Assembly: GCA_030141605.1 (NCBI GenBank) | Contig: JAQGDQ010000055.1 | Span: 124,001 to 188,000, forward strand | Reading direction: 5' to 3' | Source: Tubiluchus corallicola | Taxonomy: Eukaryota > Animalia > Priapulida | Length of the DNA: 64,000 nucleotides | Shown here: positions 37,201-52,200 of the stretch, one piece after another | How the letters are laid out: each line of letters opens with the position of its first letter | How positions within the stretch are numbered: position 1 is the stretch's first letter | Notes under the pieces: generated by a model | Databases searched by the model: none | The model's input: only the letters and a program-made list of their open reading frames with translations | Told to the model about the DNA's origin: nothing | Made by a program: the position numbers and the translations under genes

Positions 37201-40200
37201 ACATTGTTTACCTAGGTCACTTCCTACGGAACAAGGTTAACTTACACCATTCTACACATGCTGCCTGAGGACATGGATACATATAGAGTCATCACCGCTG
37301 ATGTCATACTTACAGTAAGTTTTCGTGTGTGAAGTTCAAATTTTAAGTTACACTAAGCAATTACTCTTATAGGGATAAACAATTTGTATCAGTGATTTGA
37401 ATAGCCTGTGGTCATGTGAAGACACTGTTTATCACATGTCTTAAAGTAAAAGCCCAGAAATTAATCGATTTTGCTTACGCCAATTGCTTTATATATGCAA
37501 TTCAGCGATCGTGCTGTCATTCACTGGTGACGTCATGGCAGGACTCTTGAAAAGACTGCCACCACTGCTTGTTGCTTTAGTACATCTATCTGCTACACAA
37601 ATTACACAACACAAAAACACACTTCTGTACTTCCAAAAAGTTTAACGTGCGACAGCTCGTCGGCCTGATGGGATAAGTAAACAAAACACAGGTGCAGACA
37701 TCCCTTAATGCTTTTCGGACTGTCATCCTTATCCTGCCAGGACATCACTCACTACATGTAACCGAAGTTTGGCGAGTGCAGATACAACACCGCAAATGCT
37801 CAAATTGATGAGATGTAACATGTTTTATTAATTAATTCATGTAGTTGCACGCATAAAAACTGGTGTATTCGATTTAATTATTTCTTTTCTGCTTAAGTTG
37901 TTGGTTTTCATATTTATAAAAATGACTCGGCATTTACTTTATAATCCTAGTATATGTTCAACTTGTCTTGTTGCATAGATTGAACAGTAGCAATTTTGTT
38001 ATTGTTATCATTCGATTCCTGTAGGATGAACATTAGCTTGTATATTTTTTTGTCATTTGTGGCTGTGTTTTATGCAGGGTCGCAACATGTCGCTGTTTTT
38101 TACGAATTTCGACCAACCAGAGCCGAATAAGGAAATGGAACTTGGCGTAAAGCTTGTTGAGGTGGGTTTCTATGATTTTTTCATTTGCAGAGATACACAT
38201 GTAGCATTCTACTGCAGGACTAGAGTTATTACTTTCTTTATAATTGTCTTATTTTAAAGCAAAACCGGACCCAATGTTAAACTGTAGGTCAAAACAACCT
38301 GTTATTTAAAATATTGAAAGTAAACATACTATTTTTTAAAGAATGACTTACGTTTAAGAATTACCACTCAAATGCAATTTCGCGTTCGTGCCACTAGTTC
38401 TTGCTGTTACATGCATTTCGCCATGGGCACTAGCGCCTGCATTTCGGAAAGTGTTGCACAAAAACAGGTGCTGTACTCTCAGTGCAGATATGTTAGTTTG
38501 TGATGAACTGCACACATTCTGCAGGTCATCCATGCACACAGCGGTAATTTAAAAATTCAATTTTTATCTTAAAACTTGCAGGGTTTTTTAAACAACACAG
38601 TGAATGTCTTACAGTACCACTGTACTCCAAGTTTCGCTTTCACAAACACATGCAACACGCTCGTGGAATATTTTTGCTGTTGAAAATTATGTTAGTTGTC
38701 ATCAATAGTTGGGCTCATCTGCCATCAATTAAGTTTTTAATCTATTATTTGATTATCAGAAATGCTTTTGCAGTATTTATTGTGTTAAAATGTATACTAT
38801 TTAGCGTACTTGAAAATGGGGTAGTATATGAAAAATCGTCCTGTCTTCCTTTAAGTTTAAATTTATGGTAATGCAGCAGTGTCTTGTGTTACTGATGCAC
38901 TTCTTGTGATGGCTTCCTTAATCAGACTTCACTGTTTCTACATTAGTCCAATGTAATCACGGTCGAAGCTTGTTAAAACGCCAGGTCTGAGACACCACTA
39001 TATATGGCGGGGTTGGCGGTAAGGCGAGCTTCATCAACTGTCAAAGCGTAGTGTTGTGCAAGTCGATTTTGTTTCCTAAGCAATTTTTATATGTGATAAA
39101 TAGGTGGAGTGTAGAGTATTATTATACCTATGTGTTACACTACACTGTTTTGCTGCGTTAACAATGCAGGTGTAGTTTTCGATACCTTGCAAAACCTTTA
39201 CATGACACAACATGGAGAAGCACTCTTGTGAAATGCTAATAATTAGCCTACTGCTGATAAGAGAAATATGCAGCCAGGTGACCCACCCATAACGTAACAT
39301 TACTGCACAATTAGACTATAAATAGCTGCCGCTAACTTGACATTGAGCCATAACTTGACATTGAATGCCGCACGTAACCTGACCTTGAACAAACAGCAGT
39401 TTTAACAACTTTTAAATTCACATCAGTTCAGTACTAAAGCTTACATACACAACTCTTGTACTCTTAAAACGCATGCTCCTTGCTCAAAACCTTAATATTC
39501 ACTTTCATACAGTCACTTGGTATGAAACCTAAATCTTAACTTAAACACCATAATTGCTTTGCTGTTCAGAGGTCATTGTTTTTACAACACATTGGCTGTT
39601 TTTCAGCTGTAATTCATTGTGCTTTATCTTGGCTGGCATTACAACGGGGCGGGGGGAGGGAGGTATAATGAAATTCGACTGTAAATAGTTAAGTTATAAT
39701 TTATAAAGATAAATAGAGATAAAAGATAAATAACAAAATACGTGTTTCTTTCGCCCTGATGAGGAGAAATTATTCCAATGGTAATTTGGAAATAAACTGT
39801 TTAATTATTAACCATATGTGATAGATGAGGCCTTGGTTCCTTGTAGGCATCAAGTCCCAGTTTGCCGTTCAATTTTTTCACTGTTTTTGTTCCATTCAAT
39901 TCAATTCAAAAGGGTTTATTTATCTCGAATATAATATTTATGGTGCAAATGCAACAAATTATGTAAAGTGTGTAGAGATTATTCAATTATGGAAGTTCTA
40001 TGTCTTTCTTAGAACTTAATGAAACATATTATTAATAAAGTGTATGCACTTACGCATCCGTAGTAGGTTCAAATGGTGTTCACTGAATTGTATTTTACAG
40101 ACTAACTTTGTACACGCTGATGGTACTGAAGCTACGAGAGAACAGTTGATGATGGTCCTGTCTCATCTGGATGCTTTGCTGATCCGTGCCACATATTATA

Positions 40201-43200
40201 CCATTACACTGGAAACTAGGTAGTTTGTTCCCATTTTCAAAGTTTTATGAATAAATTCTACTGTTTTTAATAACATATTACTGGCAGTTACCACTTTTTA
40301 ACTGTTGCAAAGTGGAATATCACGACAAATGGCACATTTCTGTAGATTAATGTAAACACTCAAATCTCGGTTTGCTAGACAAAAGCGGCAAGAAGTCGGT
40401 CCGTATTTCCTGATGCTAAGCTAATATAGTAGGCGCCGTATATTAAACTCACGGTAATGTAGAATCAGTCACCTAATTGTCTCAAAAACGTCTAGTACAG
40501 GCCGCTCCTATGCAAAAGTATATAAAAACTGTCGGCAATTGACTCAAATAACTCTGCATAATTGACTCTTAAACATGCTGACACACATGTCTTTACATGC
40601 TGCTTGAATGTAAACAAAGTGACGGCCCGCCAACTAGCAGTCAGCCCGCGAAACAACGGACTGTGTCCATAGTATGCGGGACTTTGTTCAGATTTTGCCC
40701 GAATTTTTCGATATCTGTAAAAGCGAAGTCCGGCAAACTGAGGTTTGAGTGTATTATTGTTTGTAATGTGCTCAAGTTGTTGTAAATTGTGAGTTCTTTT
40801 GTATGTTTTGTAGTCATGTTTGCATGTCAAATTCTTTTTTTATACCTTTGCTTTATAATTAGCAGGACTGCAATGAGTCACCGTGCCATTTCTACATAGT
40901 TCAACATTTGTCCATTAGCTAGGAGATTTTTTTATTGTTTTTTTAGAATGACAAATGTGTCACTGCCCCTAGCAATGGAGGATGTTATATCAGTAGAGCA
41001 GGCTGTGTCAGTTGAAAAATGCCAGTGCCCACACAACTACATTGGAAGTTCATGTGAGGTGAGCTTGCACAAATTTCTGTAACAAGTACATGTGCTTTTG
41101 CTCGAACACCAGAAACTAAACTTTCTTTTAGATCTATTTGTGACACATTAATGTTTTTAACTTCATCGATATTAAATTAGTAGATTAAAATCATCAGGTT
41201 AATGGGAGAAGTGGATTTATGTGTTTCTATCATAGCTATTCAGAAAGAATTTGGAAATACTATGATACTTTACTTTCTAGTGTTGTTACTGTGTTAACTG
41301 TGTTACTATATTTTTGGATTTTTTGTGATAGGCATGTGCCCCTGGCTACTATCGCATCAAAGAGGGTCCGTATCTAGGCGTGTGCGTACCTTGTATCTGC
41401 CATGGACATGCCAGCACTTGTGATCCTGAGACAGGCCAGTGTATCGTAAGTAGAAATTCTGGCTTTTCTTCTCTTCCTATGTATTTGTGCTGTCACTTTG
41501 TTCACAACTTGACAGATGCTGTGTAATAATATGAATATGTATTTATGTTCAAACCATGAAATAACACCAAGAAAATCGATTTGCTATTTGTAGTTTGTCT
41601 GTTAAGTGTCATTTTTATGTATACAGTGGCCGCCGCTTATTATGGACACGGTTATTGTGGACAGCCGGTTATTGTGGACAACTCGCGAGGGACGGAATTT
41701 TCCCCTAATAAAATCCGCCGGTTAATATGGACAACCGCCGCTTAATATGGACAGCGAACCTATAACGTAAGGTCATATAACGTGAACCAGCCGTGCCAAC
41801 CACGGCCTGCGCGCGTGATTGAAAAGAGCTTCCCGCTCTGCTGCCTGTGTGAGTCATTGCATCAGTCAGTTCGCCGTTTGCCGTGGCCTTGAGAGCTTCG
41901 AAACTGTGATAACTTCCTTCCGTTCAAGGTTGAGAGAAAAGTTTCCTGCCAAACAAACTCGTCTGACTTCTTTTTTTCAATAAAACATGAGACGAGTTGA
42001 TACAGACAGTTTTTTGCCTTTTTTAATGAAGGGGAAGGGTCTTCATGGGTCACTTCGCTTAATATGGACAGCCGCTTAATATGGACATACACTGCTGGCC
42101 CGAGGTGTCCACAATAAGCGGCGGCCACTGTAATTGACTTTAGCTATATATGGTTTGCAATGGTCAAAGTTAGTCCATCAATTTTTGCTTGTGCAGTTTA
42201 TGTAAGCTTCTCATGGCTTAAATTTTTAGTTACAAGTCTGTTTTTTGGATGCCGTTGCATCCATTTTTCCTTTTGTATGTTGTGCGAATATGTTATAATA
42301 AGATTAACGTTGCGTTTTTGTTTTTTTATTAATTCACTTACCGTGATGGTATAGCTTGCATCAAACGTATACGAATGAATGTTGAATAAATATTTAATTC
42401 ATTGCTCAGGACTGCAGGAACAATACTCGTGGACACCAGTGTGAACTGTGCGCAGTCGGCTATTATGGTGACGCCACCTATGGAACCGAATATGACTGTG
42501 CCATCTGCTCCTGCCCTCTGCCGACAATTTCTAACAATTTTGCCGCAACGTGTACCCCCATCAATGGCGCAGGATTTACTGATTTAGAGTGCGAATGCAT
42601 AGAAGGCTACAAAGGATTCAATTGTGAAGAGTAAATATTCAATTCAATTTATTCATTTATCTGTTTTATATGTTATAACAGAATATCATTAATAACAGGA
42701 ACAATAGGTTAGTCATGAAAAATTGCAGATACTACAGGACCTTGGACAAATTTGTATGTGCTAGAAATCTCTTGTACTAAAGCCCAATCTAGTGTATAAA
42801 GGGGGTAAATCGTTTCCTCAAATAAACTATACTCATATCTCGGTTTGCCAGACAAAAGCGGGGAGACGTCGGTCCAAATTTGTCGATTGTCCGTATTTAC
42901 CTATACCAAGCTAATACAGTAGGTGCCGTGTTTTAGGCTCACAGTAATGTAGAACCAGTCGTCTAATTGTCTCTAAAACGTCTAGTATGGACCGCTCCTA
43001 TGCAAAAGTATATAAAAATTGTCAAATAACTCCGCATAATTGATTCTATATTTTTATATATAGAGATATACACGTGGTTACACTGATGTAATGATCCGCC
43101 AACTAGCGGTCCGCTCGCGATGGCCCGCCAACTAACAGGCAGCTCTCGAAACAACAGACTGTGTCCGTAGTATGCAGGACTTTTAACGGTGCAGATTTTG

Positions 43201-46200
43201 TCCGATTCTTACCCGTAAAAGCGAGGTCCGGCAAACCGAGATATGAGTGTATGCTCAACAAATAAGAAGATAAATTGATTAGAATGCAACAACTTATCAG
43301 TTGGCTAACAGTCACCATTTGGTAGAGACTAATTAAGAAGGGGTTTGTAAATGGAAATGCGCTCCATCAGGTGAGCAAATCGGGTCAGCTAAATTGTTAC
43401 AACAATTAGTTAAAAAGCTAGAGACGAGAGCAAAAAGACTGCAAGAGTCATTTCTAGTCTGCTATCCTTTACCAAGTATAGAAAATGGTAATTAGGCACT
43501 GTTTATAATCCATTTCGACTTTTTTTTCAAGAAATTTTATTGTGTTTTGTAATCAAAGTAAGTTTATTCCTAAAATTTGCGTAACTTTTTACTATTCGCG
43601 CTTTTTATTGCTAATTTGATCGTTAAGAATCAGACACCTAAATCATTTGTGGCAGACTTGCCGAAATATTAGGCCTGCTGATATGCTAAACAGGATTTTT
43701 CATCAACGTTTCAGAGGAGCAGCTGAGCTGTGTAACTGCAGCAAACACATGCCTGATTTATTTACTTTAAAAACTAAAATTTCTATAATGAAGCATATTT
43801 GTTTGATTTCATATTATAATGAAGCGATATTGTGTGTTTAAATTTATGTTGCCGTGTGCAGTGGAATACATTTTGCAATATGGTTAATACACAGACTGAT
43901 ATTTAAGAATGTAGGCTGCTGCAGATTGTATTACGTTGAAAGGTCACCAAAATAATGTGGAAATTCCTTGTGATTTCTAGGTGTGCACCGGGTTACTATG
44001 GTGAACCCACCATACCTGGTGGTAATTGTACGATGTGTGAGTGCAATGATAACTTAGACATGAGTGCACCAGTGCCTTGCAACCCAAGAACTGGTGAATG
44101 TATAGCTTGTGCTAACAACAGTTATGGACCAGCCTGCAGCCGCTGCGAACCTGGTTACTATGGAGATGCCATAATTGCGAAGAACTGTAAACGTATGTAT
44201 CTAATTTCTAATATATATATATATATGGGTGTATATGTAATGATACTTAATTAAAAGTTAAAACTTAAGTTATTATGTCATTCATAATGTCATTATGGCT
44301 GAACATTTACATCTAAGGCTGTACATCATTTCCTTTTCGTTTATTCATTTATATATTATTTATTTGAAGAACTCACTTGGTTGGTTAAATCTCAAAGTTT
44401 TTTGTATTTGAATTAACTGTCGATTGAAAAGCTTGCTGAACCAACAGGTGACAAATTCTCCAAGTGAGCTCGGAAGGGATTTTGGAAATTTGTTTTTTTG
44501 CTGGATCAAAAAAGTTGTGAATCAATGAAATTTTTGGATTGCTTAATCATCAAAAGCTGAAAAACAATATGATTAACGGCACCTTTGTAGTAATGTCACA
44601 GGTAACAGTGGAACTGCAGCACCTCCTATTTTCAGTCAATACTATCAATAATATTCAATATATGTCGGGAACCAGAGCATGTGAGGGTAGTATTGTTTGT
44701 TTCACAGCCCAGCACAGTGGTGTGTTTGGATGTTGTGCGCATGCGGCCATGTGCACATGTCTGAGATAACATGCTATATGCTGCACTGCTAGCATCTGCT
44801 GCTCGCTAGAGGAAGTACTGTCGCTCACACAGTTTCTTGTCAGTTGTCATGTGCTTAAAACAGTGTACCAGCATATTTTTGAACTGCAGCAATTTAGGCA
44901 ATTCGTAAGCAAAAATATGTTGTTTAGGATTTTATCAAGTTTATATATAAATTTTTGTATGTTTGTTTAAAATTACAATTACAAATTATAGCATTAAATT
45001 TACATATGTTTGTTTCGTTTTACACAGTATTAATACAATGGCTAAGAATTTTCTGAAAGCGGCACCCTCACTAGTTTTAGCTACGATGCAATTTTGTCTT
45101 CCATGGTGCGTTCTTACTGCTTAACAAGTCACTTTATAAATTTAAGTGTTATTGTGACTTTGCTTTGCAGAATGTTCTTGTGATATGTGTGGTACTATTG
45201 AATGCAACTTTGAGAACGGCTTGTGCGAGTGTCAGCCTGGCGTTACCGGAGCAAACTGTGACAGGTGTGAGCGAAACATGTACGGATTTCACAGGTAAAG
45301 GATTAGTGTCAGGTGTATCGTTACATTTGCACTGTAATGTTGCCAATTTGGAGTTTAGTAAATATAATCGCAATTTAGTTATTTAAATGCTTTGACATAA
45401 TGATGCTTGTTCTTTAGAAAATTGCAATAACTGTGAAGACCTGTTAGCAAAAACTAATCTAAATTTGTAATATCATATTTTAAGAGCTTCGTTTAGCAAA
45501 AAATGAAGGAGTTAACCCTAAAGTCACCAGAAATGTGGTGCAAAAACACCCCAACGTTAATTTGGTTATATCGTTTTGCCACGTAACAGCCAGTACATGT
45601 CGTCTGTATTGAAACGATTTTCTGTCCACTATATGTAGATGTGGTGCTTTTTCAACTTATCTCTGATATTGCTGTGGTATTGACTTTCTCCATTATTTAG
45701 TATAGGCAAAAAGGAGAAAGTTACAAATGCTAAATATTTTTATAGTGTGTGTTATCTAGCATTGAAATTTACCATTATTGCAGAACTATGGCTTATAATA
45801 TTATTATTATGGCTTAGGGACGTAATGTTAATCATTAAATAAAAACATGCTTTCTGCCAATTTTCTTATAATTTTTCATGTGTAAGCAATGCAGCATGAT
45901 AGTAAAAGTAGCAAAAAAATACAGCAAAGTTGTAAAAAATATGGGTTAGGTTTAATGACAAATGGAAGAGGTACATTTGCTTTTTTCTGTATTTTTATGT
46001 ACTAGCTGGCATTTTATGTGACCACAAGATATATTTCCAGTGGCCTAGAGTTGATTTATCTAAATGAATATGATTAAAGCAAAACTGGACCCAATCTTAA
46101 ACTGTAGGTCAAAACAACCTATTCTTTAGAATATTAAAAGGAAACCTACTATTTTTTAAAAAAATGACTTACGTGAAAGTATTATTACCACACAAACACA

Positions 46201-49200
46201 ATTTCACGTTTGCGCCACTAGTTCTTGGCTGTTACATGCAATTCGCCATTGGCCAATCAGACGGCCACAAGCGCCTGTACTTCGTAAATGCATTGCGCAA
46301 AAAAAGTGCTGTACTTCTCAGTTCAGATGTGCTAATTTCTGACTGCACTTCTCGAGTCAGATGTGTTAGTTTGTGATGAACTACACACATTCGACTGTTC
46401 ATAGCGGTAGCGGTAAATCTTAAATTTGAATTTTTATCTTAAAACTTCCCGAATTCTAATACAACACACTGAATATCTTGCAGTAGCACTGCACTTAAAT
46501 TTTCGCTTTCACAAACACGTGCAACACGCTCGTGGAATATTTTTGCTAATAAAAATTATGTTAGTTTGTGATGTCATCAATAGTTGGGCTCATCTGCCAT
46601 TAATTAAGTTTTTATAATATTATTTAATTATCAGAAATGCTTTTGCACTATTTATTGTATTAAAATGTATACTTTTTATTGGACTTGAAAATGGGGTAGT
46701 ATATGAAAAATCATCCTGTCTTCCTTTAAGATGCAATGTAATTTTTCAGTTGTCAGGGTTGTATGGACTGCAATTGTTCAGTAGCTTCAGTCAGTAATCA
46801 ATGTAATATGACGTCTGGTGAGTGCGAGTGCCAGCCGGGTGTTACCGGAAGAACGTGCGATCGTTGCATGAACGGTTTCTGGAACTACAGTCCTTACGGA
46901 TGTCAGAGTATGTATTTATAAAGAAAACAGTTCTGCCACAATAGGTGCCAACTGGCTGATTAGGGTGTGATGCAATTGCGCACAGCATAGTGCTTTTTAA
47001 TGCTGTACTGATGGTTTTAGTTTGCAATTATGCCTTGTATTGTGTCAGAAAATAATGCTAGTAATAAATTTTGCAAATTACTCTTGAGGTAGGTTAAGAC
47101 TTCATGTACACATAATGTGTGAGCTGTAATGCTTGGTGCACATATTATAATTTGTATTTAAATATGTGGAAGTATTTCCATGTGCACAATAGTGCGTGTT
47201 GTCTGGTCCACATTCACTCAAACGTGATCACTATCATCCGAATATGCATTGCTCAGTAATATGCAGATGGGAAGCCTCCACTGTCTAGGTGACTTTGCAA
47301 ATTTTCAAATTTCCGTTGACCATTTTCGCTGATTAGCTTCCTGGTCAGGTGAGTTTTGGTCACTTCAGGACCTGTACACAGTAAGAGTTTGTTCTGTTTG
47401 AGTTTCTGAGAGGTGGCAGATGCGCGTCGCAGTTCCTTCACTGAGTGATGATACATGTCACGTTGCTCTCTCTCCCCTGCAAAACGTTGTGCATGCAAAA
47501 AAGACTTTTTTTTTGTTTTCTTTTTCATTTTTCTGTCTTATAATGTAATGATAAACTAATGCCACCGCTGCAATTATTCCTTGATCACTGTTGCGCTGAA
47601 ACCTCGACAGAGATATGGCTTTCAAAAATCCAGTTTTCACGTACAGCAACCAAAAATGGCGGCAAGGGTGCTCAGAGCTTTATGAATATGCATGGCGGTC
47701 ACTGACACATTGAAATAGTGAAAACACATCTTATATTACGTATGGATCATGGTCACGCATTACTTGCTTATGGAGTCCGTACTTTTAAGTTGTAATCAGT
47801 GAAAAGTGTGCTTTAATTCTTTACATTATCTTTATGCAGTTATATTTACACTTCACGAATTTTCACTCTCTATGGGCCAGTGTAATCTCTTTCAACATTG
47901 TGACATGACCCGATTGTAGCTCAATAACAAGAACAAGTGCTTAAGAGACACGCTAAACTTAGCAGAGCTATCTTACCTATATTCTGCTGGGTAAATGCTG
48001 TACACCTTCCCTAAAAGAGAGAAATAATAGGTGAAACTGACCAGAAGCATTTCTCTGTTGGTCACCCAACCAGATACTGACAAGGTTATAAAAAATATAA
48101 AAAATAGTCAAGCGGACAGTATGATTTGACATCTTCAATATGAACATTACTACTAAATCACTTAATTGATGATTTCCTCCGTTTGTTTGTTTAGAATGTG
48201 ATTGTGACAACTTTGTTGATTCTGGCACCATCTGTGACCAGGAGACGGGACAATGCCGCTGTCTTCCTGGCGTCATCGGAGAGAAGTGCGACATGTGCGA
48301 CGAAAAGTGGGTGTTCATCGACAACGTCGGCTGTCAGCCGTGCGACGTATGTACGCACGTGTTGATTGATGATATTTCCTGGCTGGAAGACAACGTCACC
48401 GGCATTTTGACTGAAATTGAAGACATCTCCATTGGGGTGTATGCTCAGCAGCGTTTGAGAAGGGCAGAGGAACGCGCCACACAACTCAGAGTAGGTTACA
48501 TTATTCTTATACATTTTGTTTCGGATTTCCCTTAGAATCTGTCTGTAATAAATAAGAAGTTTGGTATACCAGTATAAACTGTATGAGATTTTTTTTGTTT
48601 TGACCTTGTTACTTTTGCTTTTCTAGCCCCTAGTTGATGGAATAGTGACAGATCCGACACAGGTGGATCTTTATCCACTGCAACATCAGCTGACATTCTT
48701 GGATGACAAGTCAAAGAGCGTGAAACTTAAAGCTGATGGTAAATATGTTTGCTACCTAATTTCTAGCATGAATTTTTTGCTTTGTTTGATTTAAAGGAAA
48801 ACTGGTCTCATACTTAAACTATAGCTTCAAACAATGTAAAATTTTGAAAGGGAACATATTATTTTTTCCAAATTAATTACCACAGAATCGTAAAACTACA
48901 CATTCTCGCGGCTAGTTCTTCGCTGTTACATTTCGCCATTAGATGGGTACTAACACCTATGTGTCGGAAATGTGTAGCTTTTGCTGTACCTCCTCAGCTC
49001 AGACATGTTCTGTTGTGACCTAGTGCACATGTTCGAGAGCTCATAAGTGAGTACAGCGTTAAATTTGAAATTTGAATTTTGAACTTGAAATTTACCGTGT
49101 TTTTGTTCTTCACACTGAATGTTGTACAGTAGTGCTGTACTTCAATTTTGGCTTTCACAAACTAGTGCAACACGCTATTTGAAAGTTTGTGCTACTGAAA

Positions 49201-52200
49201 ATTATGTTCATTTGTGATGTCATAACTAGTTGGGCCTGACTGGTGTGAATTAAGTTTTTAACCTATTATTTAATTATCAGAAATGTTTCGGCGTTATTAT
49301 GGGTGTTAAAATGTATACATTTTACTGTATTTTAACATGGGGTAGAATCTGAAAAATCATCCTGTTTTCTTATAAAAGTAGTTTGCCTAACTTTTAATGT
49401 GTAAATTTCTTATCATTACTTACTAATGAATTTAGTATACGTTTTTCATTTGCAATTATACCTTTTGTACCTTTTATTTCATTTGTACCTTTTTTATTAT
49501 TTGATAGTAAAAATAACTGTTTGTTTGTCTGTGTGTGTTTTGCATTTGTGTCTGTCTGTGTGTTTGTTTGTTCATTATCCCTTTTGTTTCTTTATTTGCT
49601 CCTTTACTGGTTTGTTTTTTCTAGTTTAGCATTGTTTTCATGAAAATTACTTGGCATTTTTAAAGTAAATTTGTAGTTAGTTGTTTAATTTATTTATTTT
49701 TAATCTTTTCAAGTTAATTGATTAATAGTGCAATAAACGTACCTTTATTAAAGTTTTGACACCAAACTTAATCAAATGGAATAAAGTATCGGGCCTGAAA
49801 CTGAAGGGAAGCTTTGGAGTATTTGATATCCATTCTGGTTTTAGGTACCTTAGCTGAGATGGACGACTCTAATTCACATGCTGCCAGTATGAAAATAAAA
49901 GCTAGAGAGATGGAAAGAAATTCTAGTTATCTTATACCAACTGTTAATAGTAAGTGAAGATTCATTATTTAACTATTATAATAATTCTTCACTGACAAAG
50001 AAAACAATAATGAATAAATACTGGTTTTGTTAGAATTCGATACTTATGGAAACCCAAATCTTGGATACATAAATTGTATTTTTCTGTTTGTGACCTTCGA
50101 ATGATTTCTGTCGTTGCACTGTTCGACTCATCTCTGACCTGTGCTTTGACCTTTGACTCCGACTTGCCTGTCCGAGGTAAGCTACTTTTTCCCATGTTGT
50201 GCTAAGTTTGCTCGTAGTACACCCAACCGCCTACAGCCTACAGATGAATGCTGCTGCCAGGAAACTTGCGCGAAATGAAGGAATTGCTAATTTTAGGCAA
50301 TAGCTCAAAATGAAAATTAGTGTGAAATATCTTAAGGGCAAGTATATTAACAGAAGGGCTTGTATTCAAATATGATGCATTGATAGTCTGAATATGTATT
50401 GCATGAAAACTTTGCTGTGCTGATTAGTGAAACTAGAGTTGTGAATACGCCAGTCAGTGTATATGCACTATAGCAGCACTGTATTGCAAACATATGTGAG
50501 GCTCACTTGTCATAGGAAAATTGTATTCAAGGGTAACAGCACTGATGTGTCATTCATGAATGAGGTAATATGTAAAAATATGAAACATTTTGGTAGATAA
50601 ATAATGAAATGAATATTTAAAGGCCACATGTCAGTGTCATCAAAGTCAGTTAAAATACTGCATTTTAATCAGCGTGTAACACGTATATTTTGCTCTAGAT
50701 TAATCTTGATTAATTGAACAACCGTCGAATTGAATTCGATTAGTGATGGGCGATTAATTCGATTAATATCTTAATCACCCATCACTTCGTCTGACGATGT
50801 CGCTTTTTGCCTTTCAGATGCAGTAGTTTATGTACAGCAGCTCCGCTACGGTATCATTGCTGGTACGTTGGAATTGAACGCAGATGCATTCATTGCGGAA
50901 GCTGAAAATATGTTGAATGAAATAAAAGCAAGAAGTTTTGATTCTGCCAGAAATCAAACTAACGACGAACTAGACATGTGTGAAGAAGGTACTTATAAAA
51001 TAGTGGATACTGCTTTTAAAGCACAAGAAAACATTCTTCATAAATAAAGCTTAAAAAATTCATCTTGAAATTTGTGTCACTCATATGCTGTCTTGTTGGA
51101 TACAGAACTTGTGTTGACAATAATGCTGTATAAAACTTGCAAATTTAAACATTCGTGATGACGTCAGTTGCAGCCATTTTAACAGGTACGTTGTTTGAAA
51201 CAAGCTTAGATAATTTAGCGTAAAGTTTGAAAAAATAATCCCAGCTAAAGCAAAATCTAAGCTAAGCAAAATACATCTTGTCAGTAAGGTTAATAATAAG
51301 GTGTTTTTTGGTGAATCAGTGGTGCACACTGGGATGGCGAAGCAGTGCCGATTTACCAGGTGGCACGAATATTTTAACTTATTGAGAATGTTCTTTTCCA
51401 ATTACATAAGTCCTTCAAACAACTAAGCATAATGCTAAGTAATATAACTTTGTGTAGAAAGTTTTTTGAGACATACTTTGAAATTCCCTTTTCCTTTGAG
51501 CAAATAAATAAACAAATAATGTAGATTTAGTTGGTTATGTGTGGTTGTTCAGATTAGCTGGTTGTTTGTTATGGGTCACTCTTGTACTATAATAATTGTC
51601 CTTTGTTTTTACTTAAAGAAGTTCGGATTGGTTTACAGCTTCTTTGCACAGAGATGTAACTGTTCTATAATAACTTCCATAAATAAATGAACATTTCCTA
51701 AGAAATTTAATTGTCTTTAGTGTACATATTTCTTCTCTAGAAATGTAATTCTTTGTAGATACTGAGTGACTGTGTTTCAACACAAAGAAACAAACTTTTG
51801 GGTTCATTGGTTTAAGCAATACTCGGTCAGTAATCGTTAGTCAAAAGCATGTCTTTATTATTTTAAACTAGTTGTTATAGGTTCGTTTAAATGATAATTA
51901 CTTTCATTCTCCACCAGCGGTGAACAAGTCAAGTGAGTTGGTTGCTAAGACATCCGACTTGGATGAGAGGATTGCTGCTGATGCTGAAGAGCTAGCAGGA
52001 CATGCTGGAAGTTTCAGGGAAATGATGAACATCACGCTGTATGCTAACGAGCAGATTCGCACAGCCCAAATCACCAATCAGCGTAATATGGAGAACCCAG
52101 TCTATGTATGTGCTTGTGTTGTTGTATCTGTCTGCATAAATACAAACTGATAAATTGAAAAAATGGAAAGATTTTCAAAAGTTGTCGGATTCTGAGTAGT

